The notes: generated by a model from the sequence alone, not told the origin. A stretch of DNA of 57,620 nucleotides from Trichoplax sp. H2 (GCA_003344405.1 NOWV01000215.1:62001-119620); one strand, 5' to 3'. Positions 37,280 to 51,404 are shown, counted from the stretch's first letter. Numbers and translations are program-made.

Positions 37280-37886
37280 AATATGCATCATAACATCATG
37301 CATATGGTATCGAATAAATCGTAAGCCTTAACATTTGTGGTCTTTTCTTTAGCTTCTTTGCCAATACCTATTTATGCTGGAGTCTATCAAGATGAAATAA
37401 CGTTTTGTGATGTTCATGGAGAGGCAGCAAATTTTGATTTATACTTAAACATGGTATTTATAATAATTATATAGACACTGCCATCATCGATCGTTGTTAG
37501 TTATTGCAAAATTATTACATACTTGAAATGCTATATAAGACCTGGAAATATTCAGATACATCAGCAAGAAGATCAATATTTATGTCAAAAGAAGTTTAAA
37601 AATAGGCGAAAAATTATATAATTATTGCGGCGCGTTATATTTTAACTTATTGGCGATTGCATACAACATACTCTGGTATGGCTATAACTTATAGATATCT
37701 TAAGAAATATGCCAAACAAATTAGATCAATTTTTCTATGGCTTATGTATATTTCAGCGATATAGCTATTAGTGCTATTGTGAATCCTTTCCTATACATTC
37801 AATTCGATCAAAATATTAGGAAAAGGTTACTAAATTTGTACAAGGATTTCTACTTGAAACGCTGTTGGTACGAGACCGCTGAATAA
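37280..37886 (+). pseudogene. Decayed class-A (rhodopsin-like) GPCR fragment, TM4-TM7/helix 8; 5' boundary approximate
   Basis: Reads LASLPIPIYAGVYQDEITFCDV (TM4 plus ECL2 Cys), ...IIII*TLPSSIVVSYCKII.YLK.YIRPG (TM5 with an in-frame stop), KNRRKII*LL (TM6 start), then after frameshifts AIVNPFLYIQFDQNIRKRL (NPxxY at 37782-37796). Confidence 0.7.
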
Positions 37887-38639
37887 CGTAACAGGTTATT
37901 GATGATTTAGGTACTCAAGAAGTGCGTTATTTTACGAGTATATGTATATATCTATAAGTGATAGTTTCTCGATACTGAAAGAGTTTAGATATAGCCTTTT
38001 GCAATAGTTTTAATCTCAGGCTATGTAGTGGGTCATATTATAATTTAGAAGTACTTTAATTAACAAAATTTTTCCTTGTTGCGTAGAAATCTTCCCTTAT
38101 AATCTTGAAGGTCATTACTCCTGGAAATTTTGTGATCCAATTACTGTGATGATATTACATTACTGACAAAAATTTTCCATGCTAGGCTTCAATTTTAATA
38201 TTATTTCGAAGACCGGACGATAAATAAAAGTATTTATAAATGTTACAATATAGCGCACTAATAAAGTGTGGATTTACTATATTCAGATCATGAAATGGTT
38301 ATATGCTTGCTTGTATTGCAGGATATATTATCACGTATCAGCAATGTTCAAAATCAGTGAAATTACGGTAGTCAAGTTTACTGTATCAAGATTGAAATAT
38401 AAATGTCGGTATAATTTGTCGATTGTACCAATTGAAATAGATTTATTATGAATGTAAAAAATAGTTACAATACTTTATACGTGATTTTACTAAAGAATAG
38501 CTCGCTTGTGGCTTATATTTTGGAATATATTCAAGTGCTATTCTGTATGATGTAGTCGACAAGGTGCCTAATTGCTAATTGTTATCATTTAGTTACGAAT
38601 TCTTTAGAGCAAAATGATTACAGTATGAATAAGCTGCTA

Positions 38640-39166
38640 TATTGTTAACATCGTGATTACACTGGAGTATTGTTGTCATTTAGGGCAATTTGAAATTTTT
38701 GACTTTATTTTTGATTCTGTTTGTATTAATATCATACTTACTGCCTACATCAACTATTTTCACATACTATTGGAAAATTACTGCATAGTTGAAATCCTAT
38801 ATTAGACCTGAAACTATTGGGTCTGGCCTACAGAAAGAACAGCATTTGTGAAGAATTAAGTTTATAAAAATGCTAAATATTATTACTGTACGCTATATTT
38901 TAACGCCTTGGTCATTTCTTGCAGCCTCTTTTGCTTTGGTTATAACGCAAAAGTCAGCTCAGGAAGTGGGTGAGAAAAATTTTACCTATTTCATTTTTAT
39001 TTATGCTGCATTTGGAACTATAGCTATTGCTACTATTATTAATTCATTCTTATGTATGCAATTTGATCAAAATACTAGGAGGAGATTGGCTAATTTGTAT
39101 TTCTTTAATAAGCACAATCGTTTTCAGAAGCGAAATGATGGATTGATATTGATGAAGGCTAGATGA
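38640..39166 (+). pseudogene. Second decayed class-A GPCR fragment, TM5-TM7; paralogue of the 37.3-37.9 kb relic; 5' boundary approximate
   Basis: YYWKITA*LKSYIRPE matches SYCKIITYLKCYIRPG of the first relic. IINSFLCMQFDQNTRRRLANLY matches IVNPFLYIQFDQNIRKRLLNLY, with NPxxY degenerate. In-frame stops are present. Confidence 0.65.
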
Positions 39167-41624
39167 TTTCATATCATGCAGTGTACAAGGCATTTGAGTA
39201 TGCCCAATATTATTATTACCGATTGGGGACATTATGTGCCTAACAGAATGATTTATAAGTGTGCTATTTCATGGTCATCTGCTTGAAGATCTCTGAGTTT
39301 TCATTTGTACGTTTGGTTTAAAATAACTATATATAACATAAGTAAGGATATGTTTTAAGATTTCATTTCTTTAAGTTCTATAAGTAACATCTAATCAGAG
39401 TTACGAATATTTAATGAATTAGCTGCAATATGGTGCGCTACCAGAGTAAAAGATAGCCAGCCTTTATTGAAGCTTAAAGGGTTGCAGATATTAGAGTTAA
39501 CACATAATATTAATAAATTCAAGTACATTTATCTATACAACTTTAATATTAGAGGCTATCTTTGTTTCAAATTCATAAACGGTACAATGAACAACATTGC
39601 AAGAATAAGTTTAAATCATGTTAAATAAAGCATCATTAGATAAAAAAAAAGTCTACTCTTTGCCCCATTGCTTGATCTTAAGGAGCGCGGTGAATAATGC
39701 TAGTTTTTATTAGTCTACTTTAAGTTCTAAACATAAAAGTTTTTGAGCTATTGGAGTAGTTCAAACTATTTCAATTTTAATTTATTTGAATTATGCTAGA
39801 ACGATTAGATTTGTACTTCAGAAAATTATGAATAGCAAGATCTCTGAGTTATCACTCTCTTTGGCTGGCTTTATATAATATAAATAAGATTACTAAGCCA
39901 TGTCTTCAAATTTCATTTTCTTGATGTTCCATAATTCACAATGCATATATTATGTCTAATCACAGCTACCACTACTTATTAAATTAACTTCTATAAGGCC
40001 TATTATACGAGTAGAAGATAGTCTACCTATTTAACAGCTTGATGACGTAAATAATTTAATCGTATCGATCTTCCCTACTGTTAATAATACTCGTAGAAAG
40101 TGTTTTTGTTCAAATTAGTCTACGACACAATAAATGATTCAACAAAATAAATTGAACACATTTCCAATGTAGCTTTATTAGATAAAAGATACTGCTCTTT
40201 TGGTCAAGCCGTTATATATGAAGTAGTACGATCAATAATGCTTTTTTGCGAGACTAATGCGAAATTTTAAACAATGCTGAGAAATCATAAATACTTCATG
40301 AAACACTAGCACTTCTAAAAATCTTGTACTTTACATAGTTAGTGCTGTTCTTCTGGTTGCCATATTTGGATTTCTTACTAACTTATTGGAATTACATGGT
40401 ATTATTATTATTATTTCAACCGCAATGTGGTAACTTAATCATGCTTCTGTACTTACTCGTATGTATTAAATTTTTCCTGTTGCAATAGCACAAAAGCATA
40501 ATTCTGATTTTATATGTAAGAATTCGTTAAGTAAGCGAAATCTCTGCGCTTATAATATGGTAATTAAATTAGTAAGTTTCGCATGATATTAATTTGGCTT
40601 AAAATTTATTGATTGTTGTTTACTTTGTGAATATAATTGATATACCTGTTACCGTTCAGTATATTTAAGGTATTGTATGAGAACTAATTCATCCGCAGAT
40701 GCAGGAAATTCTCGAGGTACCCCGACTAATGTACTAATTGGACTACTTCGACACAAGTAATCAATACCTGACCGATATCTGTTAGTCCTAGGTTACTCTT
40801 TATATTGGACCAAGTAATGATCCAAAACGACATTGAATATTATTTGACCTTACGATCTAACTGAGACAATGTAGATCACGATGAATCTCACTACTGAACA
40901 TAACAAAATCAAACAGCGCTAACGATGGTGCTTAGACTTCTCCAGCAATTATAATTACTTATGACTGCCGATAACTGGTCACTACTACCTGAAACCCTGA
41001 TGAGTGACTGACTAGAATCGAATGAATATAATCTCAATAAAATTATGACATTGATAGAGTATTTATTCGAACTGTTGGATAAATGCTTTGGTATTTCATA
41101 AAGCAACTTTCCCTTTTGGAAGGGAAAGACTATCTTTACTGTGTGAGTAATATGGCTAATGATAGAAAGAAAGGAACCTATTGAACTGTTACTGACATGG
41201 ATAACTTCAGCTTAATTAATTTTTAATTGCTTTTCTGATACGAAATTGGAATATTTACAACGGTCATTTAATTTTTTGAACTGCTCTTTAGTCGAAAATC
41301 TAGCTTACGATGATATTTAAATGATGATTCATCAATGCAGTAGGATATTTGCTTTACTAGTTCAAGAGGTCCATGATATGCTATTTTCATGACAGTGTAG
41401 TAAACATGTTAGATTATTTTTCTGATCGGATAGATGTATTAGTTGGTGTAGTTGAAGATCTGTAAGATATCATAAATGACACCAAACGTATAATTTTATA
41501 TTATGCTGTGTTCCGAAATCAATTAAAAATTTTGTGATATTCCTCTTATTCTTTATAGTCATATAGCCAGTAGATACGAGACTGAAATTTTGTGAAAAAA
41601 AAGATTGATTACTATGAGTTTCAG

Positions 41625-44600
41625 TTATATTGGTACAACGATAGCTAAGCCAAGTATAATCGCTTTCAGATGAACATCCATTTCGTTGGGAACTATATTT
41701 AATTAAATTTAATTAATAAAAGTTAAGTTAGAATTAATTCTTGCATAGATATGCATAAATGCTAAATATTATTATTAAAAATTTGCCGAGTCCTTAAATC
41801 TGATAATCCTTCAATCAATTGTATATCAATAATAAAATTGCATTGAACTTACAGGAAATTTCTATTGTAGCCCTACTGGTGGTGACATTGATAGATCTCG
41901 TTAAGGTACCAATACGTTGACCATAGAGATTTCTTTTGATCTAAAATAATCATCAAATATGCGAGGAGATAGAATGCAGCATTGGTTAATTTGAAACCTA
42001 AATACGACGATGTGCAATCATTGAGGAATTTAGTACTAGTCCATGGTTCTGTATTGGAATATATCGTATCAATTTGAGTAGCAAGGACGATGCGATAATA
42101 ATTACTATATTTTCAAGAGAGATTGTAACACCTCGTAGAAGCTCAGTAGATGATTTCTGTCTCGCCTTGATACTTGAGCTTGTTGAAGATCAATACTAGA
42201 TTCCATTATATATATTCTTGCATTTTCTTTGGTATCATAAATACAATAATCTTGACTTTTTTCATTATTTCTAAATATTTCAGTTGATTTCAGAGAAAAA
42301 ATAAGAAAATTCTGAAATCTTAATATCTAACTTGGAGCATCAAATGCAATTATTCGCCTAGTAGTTCAATAGAATTTTGTGGTAATATTAAGCTATTTTA
42401 AACTTTAAATACTCAATATGAGATCGAAGTAAATTAATTTCAGCAATCGAAATATGATCTTAACGTGAATTTACAAATTTTCTAAATATTAAATAATCCT
42501 TAATCCATACATGTTATGAATTAAATGAGGTAGGCATGTTAATTATCACTAAATTTATAAATTTTTCTTACACATATTAACTTACTTTTGAAAGCTACCA
42601 ATGCTTGTGCCTGGTGGGCAAAACACGTTGAATTTATAGCTCTTCCAACCGAATAGCCAGCAAAATACATTAGGCTTATATCCTATTTGCGATAAGTGAA
42701 CGATTTGCTTTTCATCGCAATCGCTTAGCATTAATTCTTGATAGCAGCTGAGTTGTGACTTGTTACCCACACTATCTCTTACTGACAATTTCAATTTCAT
42801 TAAAGATAAAATCGAAGTCCATATTCAATTGAAGTTAATTCATTCATTAAGGTTAATAATACATATAGTGCAGGTAAGATACAAACAACATTCACAGGTA
42901 GCTAATAAGTAATATAGAAATTTGCTATGGAAAGCTCACACATGAAGTTTATACATAAATTATCCAATGCAGATATTGCTTAGTCGTAACTTATTGTACG
43001 CTAGATATTACGACACTCTTTGTAATGCTTATAGAAAGATTAATTATTTGCTTGGCGATCAGGTTACCTCCACAAGCTCCTAGAATTATTTGCCCATCAT
43101 TTCCTTTGATGTGATAACTGTAATGGTCATTGGAAAAATCTTCTATAAAAGTATAGCACATTAACATTAGGATCAATATGTGTACCAGATCATCATTCGA
43201 AGTAAATCATTGTATCGTTGATAGATATGATATAGTATTAATTTTATCACTTCATCATCATAGGAGTCTCNNNNNNNNNNNNNNNNNNNNATATTAACTT
43301 ACTTTTGAAAGCTACCAATGCTTGTGCCTGGTGGGCAAAACACGTTGAATTTATAGCTCTTCCAACCGAATAGCCAGCAAAATACATTAGGCTTATATCC
43401 TATTTGCGATAAGTGAACGATTTGCTTTTCATCGCAATCGCTTAGCATTAATTCTTGATAGCAGCTGAGTTGTGACTTGTTGCCCACACTATCTCTTACT
43501 GACAATTTCAATTTCATTAAAGATAAAATCGAAGTCCATATTCAATTGAAGTTAATTCATTCATTCAGGTTAATAATACATATAGTGCAGGCAAGGTACA
43601 AACAACATTCACAGGTAGCTAATAACGCTAGATATTACGACACTCTTTGTAATGCTTATAGAAAGATTAATTATTTGCTTGGCGATCAGGTTACCTCCGC
43701 AAGCTCCTAGAATTACTTGCCCATCATTTCCTTTAATGTGATAACTGTAATGGTCATTGGAAAAATCTTCTATAAAAGTATAGCACATTAACATTAGGAT
43801 CAATATGTGTACCAGATCATCGACATCATTCGAAGTAAATCATTGTATCGTTGATAGATATGATATAGCATTAATTTTATCACTTCATCATCATAGGAGT
43901 CTCGTAAGTTATTAGTTAGAATAGTTCATGCCGTATTTTAGAAGCTAACAAAGGATAATGTATTTGTTCATCTATCAGTTAGTACTTTTTCAACTTTTTC
44001 AACTACAATTATGCTTTTATACGTATAACTTTTAATACTCCATACAGTAAAACTTTAATGATATCTTATACTCTATATTATTACACTTATACACACAGTG
44101 ACTTTAGTGGGCAATAATCAGCTACTGTTAGTAATTAGTCAATTTTATACTGGTAGTCTCCACTATAATGCTATGACAGTAATTATTGTTGTATGATACT
44201 ATGCAGTCATGATATAACATTAATGCAGGCAAATTAGGAGTTCTGGTGGCCAGTCTGGCCATACACTGCTAAAGGCTATCATCCATTCGCTTGAAGTTGT
44301 GCAAGATCATTTTTGTACATATAATTATTTAAAAAGAAGACTTATTGGACTGCGAACGGTACTGTAATGGTTGATAGTTTAGAATTTGATCTCGAATCGT
44401 AACAATTGTAATATCAGGTTCAAGATTCTAAACTTACTATTACTCTTATAGCCATTATGGACAATGTAGACTCTATCAATAAGGGATAAGTATTCTAAGC
44501 CTGGAGGACAGCTCGGAGGTACCACATGCCATGATGAAATCGATTTCCACACAATCGGTTGTATTTGATTTTGGTGATCTTCATCTTGTGGACTACTTCG

Positions 44601-44636
44601 ATTAGAATGATTGGGAGGTTGATGAGTTATAGGCAT
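41625..44636 (-). CDS. Divergent phospholipid scramblase (PLSCR family), ~254 aa; exons 44636-44438, 43769-43695, 43498-43303, 42270-42132, 41940-41853, 41692-41625
   Basis: PLSCR landmarks CPPGLEYLSLIDRV, YHIKGNDGQ, FCPPGTSIG, FYE|IKR...IGTL and IEIS|FPNEMDVHLKAIILG. Exon phases are mutually consistent (765 nt). The final codons are uncertain because a further small 3' exon is possible. Confidence 0.8.
42574..43902. repeat. Near-identical direct duplication (42574-43270 vs 43291-43902) meeting at a 20-N gap; probably an unmerged haplotype overlap
   Basis: The left contig ends TAGGAGTCTC (matches 43893-43902) and the right contig starts ATATTAACTTAC (matches 42574). The copies differ by a few SNPs, a ~90-bp indel and a 6-bp indel. 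Confidence 0.9.
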
Positions 44637-45374
44637 TGTTGTATAATTTAGTATACTTCTTGAACAAAAGTAGCCGTAATGATCGCTTATAAGGAGTCTT
44701 TTAATTCTTCTTTATCATTTTAATAATTTGAAAGAAGCCTTCGCTAAAATCGGTATCTTCAGGATATTTATTGTTATCTGGATAACTTTTCCGTTGTACT
44801 ATTCTAATTTCAAAAATTATTAATGTCAAACAGATATGATTAGAAATTTTCTTCACTTGAAATAAGCATTGATTCTGAAAGTATTTATAGTATTAGTTAT
44901 TGGTCATCTTTTATACAACTCTACACTTGATGTTACGGAATAACTACGAGTATATTTCACAAAATTATAATCTGATTTGATTTCTTTAGTTAATTCAACT
45001 AGAATTATTTCTAATTAATCGATCCAGTTTGACTCTGTTCTCTTTAATAAGATTGCTGTAGTAATTCACACTATGTAATATATTCGAGTCCTTGGAGCAT
45101 ACGTGGACTGTATTAATGAGCATGGTGATTAATAGCAAAAGTAGCACTAAAACATACGTGATATTTGCTTAGAATATATCGAAAATCAATTTTTATATTT
45201 AGCCTCTAGGCAGAAAAGATTATTTTATCCTAGGCATGCGCATGCATCGAATCATTAATCATCTTCTTTTGTAGTATGCAGGATGAATCGATTATCTGAA
45301 TATTGTGTAGCAAGAAACTCAGCAGGAAATATACCAGAGACTGAGGATCAAGTAAAAAAAGCGACGATTCTATA

Positions 45375-46217
45375 TAAATGAATCAAAGTTCTAGTTTTGA
45401 TTTTAAAAAAGAAATTGCGTGCATGATGTCAAGGGTAAAAAGGATATATTCAAAATCTATCTTTGTAAATGGCAACAATTGGACCATATACTGTAGTTCT
45501 GCCTTGAATGAATATATTAACGATTAATATGTTAGGTCCTCCAATTATTAGGTTGGTTCGAGACAACAATAGGGGTTCAGATGAGATCGAAATCGAGGAA
45601 GTTCAGTAATAGCTTACAATATTAATGATAGATCCTCCCAAATAGGCCTGCAGAATTTTCATTAGCGGTAATAGCCTTTATTAAAACCATTCGATAGCAC
45701 TTTAGTGCTAGTAAGTGAAATTATAGACTAGCCGTATTTGATAGTTCTAAAGATATCATATTCACATCTGTTACTGTAGTCAATTTCTTCTACTATACTC
45801 AGTATACAGTAATTAGTTGCTCTGGGTTATATTAGGAAATCTACTTAAGTGAAATGACAAATTCTTCCTTCGTGTCTGATTTAAAAAATTGAAGAGCCCA
45901 TTCAATAATTGTATATGATTTCTACTGCACGAGCTACATTCCTTATGCTATGATATCAGAACATGAGGCTACAAATTGTAACACGCGTACATCGAATGGA
46001 ATGAATAAATCTGCAGGGAATATAATCGTTGTACCATAGGCTGAAATATTAACGCAAACCCAGATAGCTGTATAGAAACATATAGATGCAACAGAATGGT
46101 TGAAATTCTTATCTTAAATCGTTAGTTGTTTTAATTAAATGAACAAATTATTCAATGAGGAGCTTCTGACTACGCTTATTTATTTTTATTGCTAGTGATA
46201 CATGCTTTGATAGATTC
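45375..46217 (+). repeat. ~845-bp direct repeat, copy 1 (cut off by the N gap)
   Basis: Matches 51405-52248 base for base, apart from scattered SNPs and small indels, from TAAATGAATCAAAGTTCTAG to CATGCTTTGATAGATTC. Confidence 0.93.
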
Positions 46218-46528
46218 NNNNNNNNNNNNNNNNNNNNACTACAATAGCACAATAAACATAGTTATCTGCAAGATAAAATTTATCCTGTAAGCAATGATAT
46301 AGTAATCAATTTCAATTCAAAATATTATTGTAATGCTATAAAGGACTATAACTGCTGTGCCTGACTAAAACTAAAAGATATCCTTAAATTCAGCATTTTA
46401 TTTTAGCTATAGCTAATTTCAATTCACAGTCAGTATATGCTGTATGAACATAAAAAATACTTAGCTCGCAATCTATCTAAAATTTGATCTTGGATATTTT
46501 CCATGTAGGAGCAACAACTACATATATA

Positions 46529-49186
46529 ATGGTTGTAAGCAAATATATTAAAGAAGTTATTGTTAAAAATTATTCAGAGATTGCTAAAGACGTCCCTATA
46601 GCAGATATATTATATGATTTACGAGAATCAGCAATATTGTCTGATGAAGAAGTCAGCAAATTGAGAGATCACTGTAAATCTGACCAAGATTGCGCCTTTG
46701 AATTCCTAAAAATACTAAAATCAAGAAGCGATAGGAATTTTTATCAATTTTGTACAATATTACAACACAGCGATATTGAAAATGTGCAAGATCTTGGTAA
46801 AAAACTGGAAAGAGCAGCTACCGCAGTTGTACAGAAACAAAGTAAGTCCATTGCTTGAAAACATAAATATTTTGTCAAGACATTAGAAAATTGCCCTTAA
46901 TATTTGATTGAAGATTTTTATTGTTAGATTTTTAAATTTAGATTAGAATAAGAATAGTAGTGAGTTTTTAGATAGTTCATCTAGGCGTCTAAAAATAATG
47001 AATGGCCCTGAATATTCTTTTGTTATCACTGAATGATAACTTATAAATTCAGTACAATTTTGTCTTTCTTAGGCTAAGGATAATTTGTAGCGTTTTTATA
47101 ATGTTACATTGGGTAACATTAGTTACCCAAATATTATACTGTATGCAGTGTGCTGAAAATTATACTATGCCGTGGCTGTCAAAGACTGTACGTCTTCGTT
47201 ATTATTAGTCAAGCAAAATAGAATTTACTGCACATATCTAGAAATTATTATTACAATTTATTGGTATCAAAAGAACAGTATAGAATACATCCACAAGCAT
47301 TATAATCAGTCTTAATCATTTACTGTTTAATTAAAAATAATTGATCATTACGTCGAACATTTTTTAAAGAAGTTTACGCAATTGAATTGATCATTCAGTA
47401 AGCTTTTTCTTCCTTATTTACGAAATGTAATCTTAGTTACAGACGCCTTCATGATCATATTAAACTGTATATAATTATAAATATTTATTGTTTGCTTTCT
47501 TATGCAAACGACTGCTCCAGGAATTCTTCTATCTACGATTTTATCCAATAATAAAAATAACACAATGTAGTCAAAACATACGTGTTTTATAAAAACGATA
47601 ACAAAAATCAGTTTGACTAAAATAACTTTATTGATGATAATCCTTTAGAGCGGAATAGCCGAGAAAATTCGAAACCAACAACATCAGTTCTTAGTACCAA
47701 GAGAAAACGACATCAATCTCATTCTTCATCGGAGGATTCCAAAGCAGCTCATAAGCGATTAAATAACGAAGATGGTTAGTAAGTTTACTGAATACTGAAA
47801 TTAGCTGAAATTATCACAGTCCTTAAAACTTAAGATACCTTTAAGTATTAGAAATATAAGTTAAATTTTTTGTTGTTATTCCCCTATTTTATTTATGCTA
47901 TGAGGTAAACAACAAAAACTAAACATGTAGTCTATTAACAGGTATTATGGTGTTGCCTTGTCATTAGGATAGTTTGATAAGTACAGTAGTAGCTAGTATG
48001 GAGAATATCCATATTTGTAGTGCTAGGTAAGATAAGTAATGCCTTAACGTGGATGTTATTTGTAATAGTTCACTACATATTTGATATTGATTGTTATTGT
48101 ATGATAGATAGTAGTAAGATGATTTAAGTTCTAGTTGAAGATAGTTGAATTAGACAACCTACGAGTTTAGATTAAGATTAAGTATGAGTGAGAGATTTGA
48201 AATATTTTCTGATAGAAAAGCTATGTAAGGAACATCTCCGTTCGAGACATTTCTTCTAGTAAGGTATAATAATAGTACTGTTGCTGTTTACAAATTAGAC
48301 GGTTCCTATATAAAGGGGAACATTTGAGTTGTGTGGTGTGCTAAAAAGTCGTAGATGCATCTTTGCTAATAAAAGGATCGTCTTTACAGTATTTTGCTGT
48401 GTGGGTTTAACATTAAGTAAAAGGGCCTTTAAGTTAGTAGCTACTTATAGACTTTTACTGTACGTTACCTTGTCGCAGAAGTGAAATTGTGACAACAGGG
48501 TACTGGTAGTTTACTACAACCAATTATCTATTTTAGTAGGCCATAACCTTTATTTCTTTGATTTTATATATGGACAATACTTTGAATTGATTGTTATAAC
48601 GTAAATCATATTTAATATAGCATGTTTTCGTTTTCGATCATTACTGCTGTTGCTAAAGAAAGCGTAATAACTGCTGGTGTTTAATCATGATAATAGAAGA
48701 TAAAGTATACCAGCTGATAATGTATTCTTCTTCTTAATGTTGCAAATTAAGATTTGTGATATTAACGCCTTTGTAGTAGAGCTATGGCTAGATACTGATA
48801 ATTGTATTCATTTACAGTAAGATTAAGTTCGATCTTTCTGGTCTGTTTTAATATTTCTAGCTGCAAATCCAATAAGTTCGTCGATTTTAAGCGACCATGT
48901 ACGCGAAGCATTATTGTGTTCTCGTGAAGAATTTGAAAGAAAGATGCCATATGACAATATTAAGCTAACTTTACGACAAAAGAACGTTTTAACATCTGAA
49001 GAAATTGATCTTATAGATGACAAAAAAATTAAAGCTGAAAGATCTGCGGCTTTGTTTGAGATCCTTTTAACTCGTGATGATGCTGATTTTTATATAGTTT
49101 GTGCTGTATTAGAGGCGCACCCTCTAAACTCGTTTAAAGCATTAGGGAAAGAAATGAGATGTACGGCCAAGAAATTAAGCAAATAA
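46529..49186 (+). CDS. Tandem death-fold (CARD-like) protein, 254 aa: CARD - basic/Ser linker - CARD; exons 46529-46841, 47649-47774, 48861-49186
   Basis: Domain 1: IVKNYSEIAKDV...ILYDLRESAILSDEEV...AFEFLKILKSRSDRNFYQFCTILQ. Domain 2: LRQKNVLTSEEIDLI...RSAALFEILLTRDDADFYIVCAVLE. Both fit the CARD pattern L...(V/I)L(T/S).EE...LL..L..R....F..FC..L. Phase-1 GT-AG introns join the exons into 765 nt with no stop. Confidence 0.8.
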
Positions 49187-51404
49187 TAGTGCTATCCTTT
49201 GAATATCTAACAAAATGTTCAACGGTCAAACCATTTTTAGATAGTTTAATACTGTATTGATTAGAAATCATTGTACTATCTATCGATAATACCAATTTCA
49301 AGAACACTAAAATCAAGCCTTCGTAATAAAACGTAGCGTTAAAGACATAATTATGTCATGGCAATTATCCATCGAAAAACAAAATATAAAGTCAACTCAG
49401 CATACGAGATATATTTAAAGTTAATTTTAAGGTTTTATGTCGTGTTACAGGTGGCATGTAGGTTTTTATAAAAAAAATTCAAATGAATTCAATAAAACTT
49501 TAGAAATATGCTTACTCAATTTTATACCATTATCAAGTTTTCGCACTTGATTTCGATAAAATACAAGTAATCTAAGAAAATTAACTTTTAAAACTTTTTC
49601 ATTAATCCAAGTTTTATTCTATTTTTTAGTGAATTGAAATCAATTCGACTATTAAGTGAATTAATTATAAGTGGTCCTAGTGTTAAAAAATTAATAGTAT
49701 GGTTTATAATACAGCCCTTTTGTAAAGGTAACATAAAGTAACATCTTCATGTTTCTGTAATTCGGCATAACTGGCGCAAAATTTATTTCTTTAGAGATAT
49801 TTACCAATAGTTTTATTCCACCCAAAATAGCTGTATAAAATTTGCAATGTTGCTGTACAACGAGAACTTCATACCTTAATTATTCTTGCATCTATTATAG
49901 TTATTTCTTCCACCTACTTAGCTACAGTTCTTTATAACAGTCTACACCCTGACGTAATGTGACGGCCATTATCCTTAGTCTTTCAGGATTTAAATTACGC
50001 AATAAAAATACACATTTCTTGCGAAGTGAATTACTTAAACATAAGATGTGCTGCTAACATCTTTGTCTGTTTATTTTATTGAATCTCCGCCGTAATAAAT
50101 CGAAAAGAAAATAGGATGTTGACTGAATTTTTGACTGATCCAGTATGCCTAATCTTATAGTCCCTGAAATTAGTTGCATCAAACATTAACATACGAGTAC
50201 GAGATATTGCAATGATGTTCGACGATATTTGTAAGAATAAAAGCGTATAAAAAGTTAAAAGTTTATTTATGTCGATTCGACATGAAATGTGCCACTTTAT
50301 AACTTCTATGAGAATATATAGTATAGGATTAGTACCTTAGCTTAAAGGAGCAAATATTCATATCAATGTCTAAAAGCTACAATTTATATTTTTTACTACA
50401 AATAGGCTACCTTACTATACGTACTGCAAGCACCGTGCAAGAATAAAAACCGTACCAACACTGTCTTACGATTAAACGAGTTACTGTAGCTATTTTCACT
50501 TAATATTATGACCGAATAATAATCTTCTGCTATTACTATTTGTTGGCCTACTTTACCGAAAATGTGAGCTAAGAAAAATCGAGCAATTCCCTAATATGAC
50601 ACACGAAGGTCAACACCGAAAAAATAGCCTTGAATAATAACGCTTATGAATACGTCCGTCTATCCGAGAAGATTCCCAATTTCTTCTCCTCATAAGAACA
50701 GTCGAAAGCGACTACAATAAACCGGATAATAACACCTCGATAAATTTGCACACAAATTACTTCTATGCAAACTATTCTAATAAATGCGTTCATTCTACAG
50801 TAGAAATACTAATTCCAGACTGTAAATGCTCGATTGAATACCTGGCTGAGACAAACCGGATAATTATGGTTTAACTCTTATATGGAAGACAGTGCTTAAT
50901 TCTGTATTTGGCTATCAGATACAGTCTTGACTTGGAGGATCCCAGTCTTATACTAGAAACAGTTCAGGTGCACCATCTTATCCTATTAGCCATCCTTTCA
51001 CACTGTTACAATTAATTAGCAGAAACCATTACTCCCAATCTTATCATTTTATCTAAAGTTAATACGTAGCTTGCCACTAAAATAATCTTCGTAACGTGTA
51101 ATATATTTCTATGTTACGTTCTATAGATGTTTATATCTCAGAAATATTTACGGTCTCCTTAATTGTAAATTTAGTGGTTAATAGTTGAAATGTTAGTAAG
51201 CATTGATTTAGGATTAGATGCACTAAGAAAGTAATTGTTAACTAGTAGAACCGGATTGTCTGTATAATATCCAAGGTTGTTAAGGTTCAAAGTATAATTT
51301 CTAAGTTTAGAGGAATTATCTTAGTAGTATAGCCCAGTATGTGTTTCTTAAACTATTATTAAGCATTGATTAATTTGATTCTGATACAGTGGATTTAGAA
51401 CGAT

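Noticed and set aside
40710..40722. Overlapping XhoI/KpnI sites (CTCGAGGTACC) resembling a polylinker
   Set aside because: Only 11 bp with no other vector-like sequence nearby.
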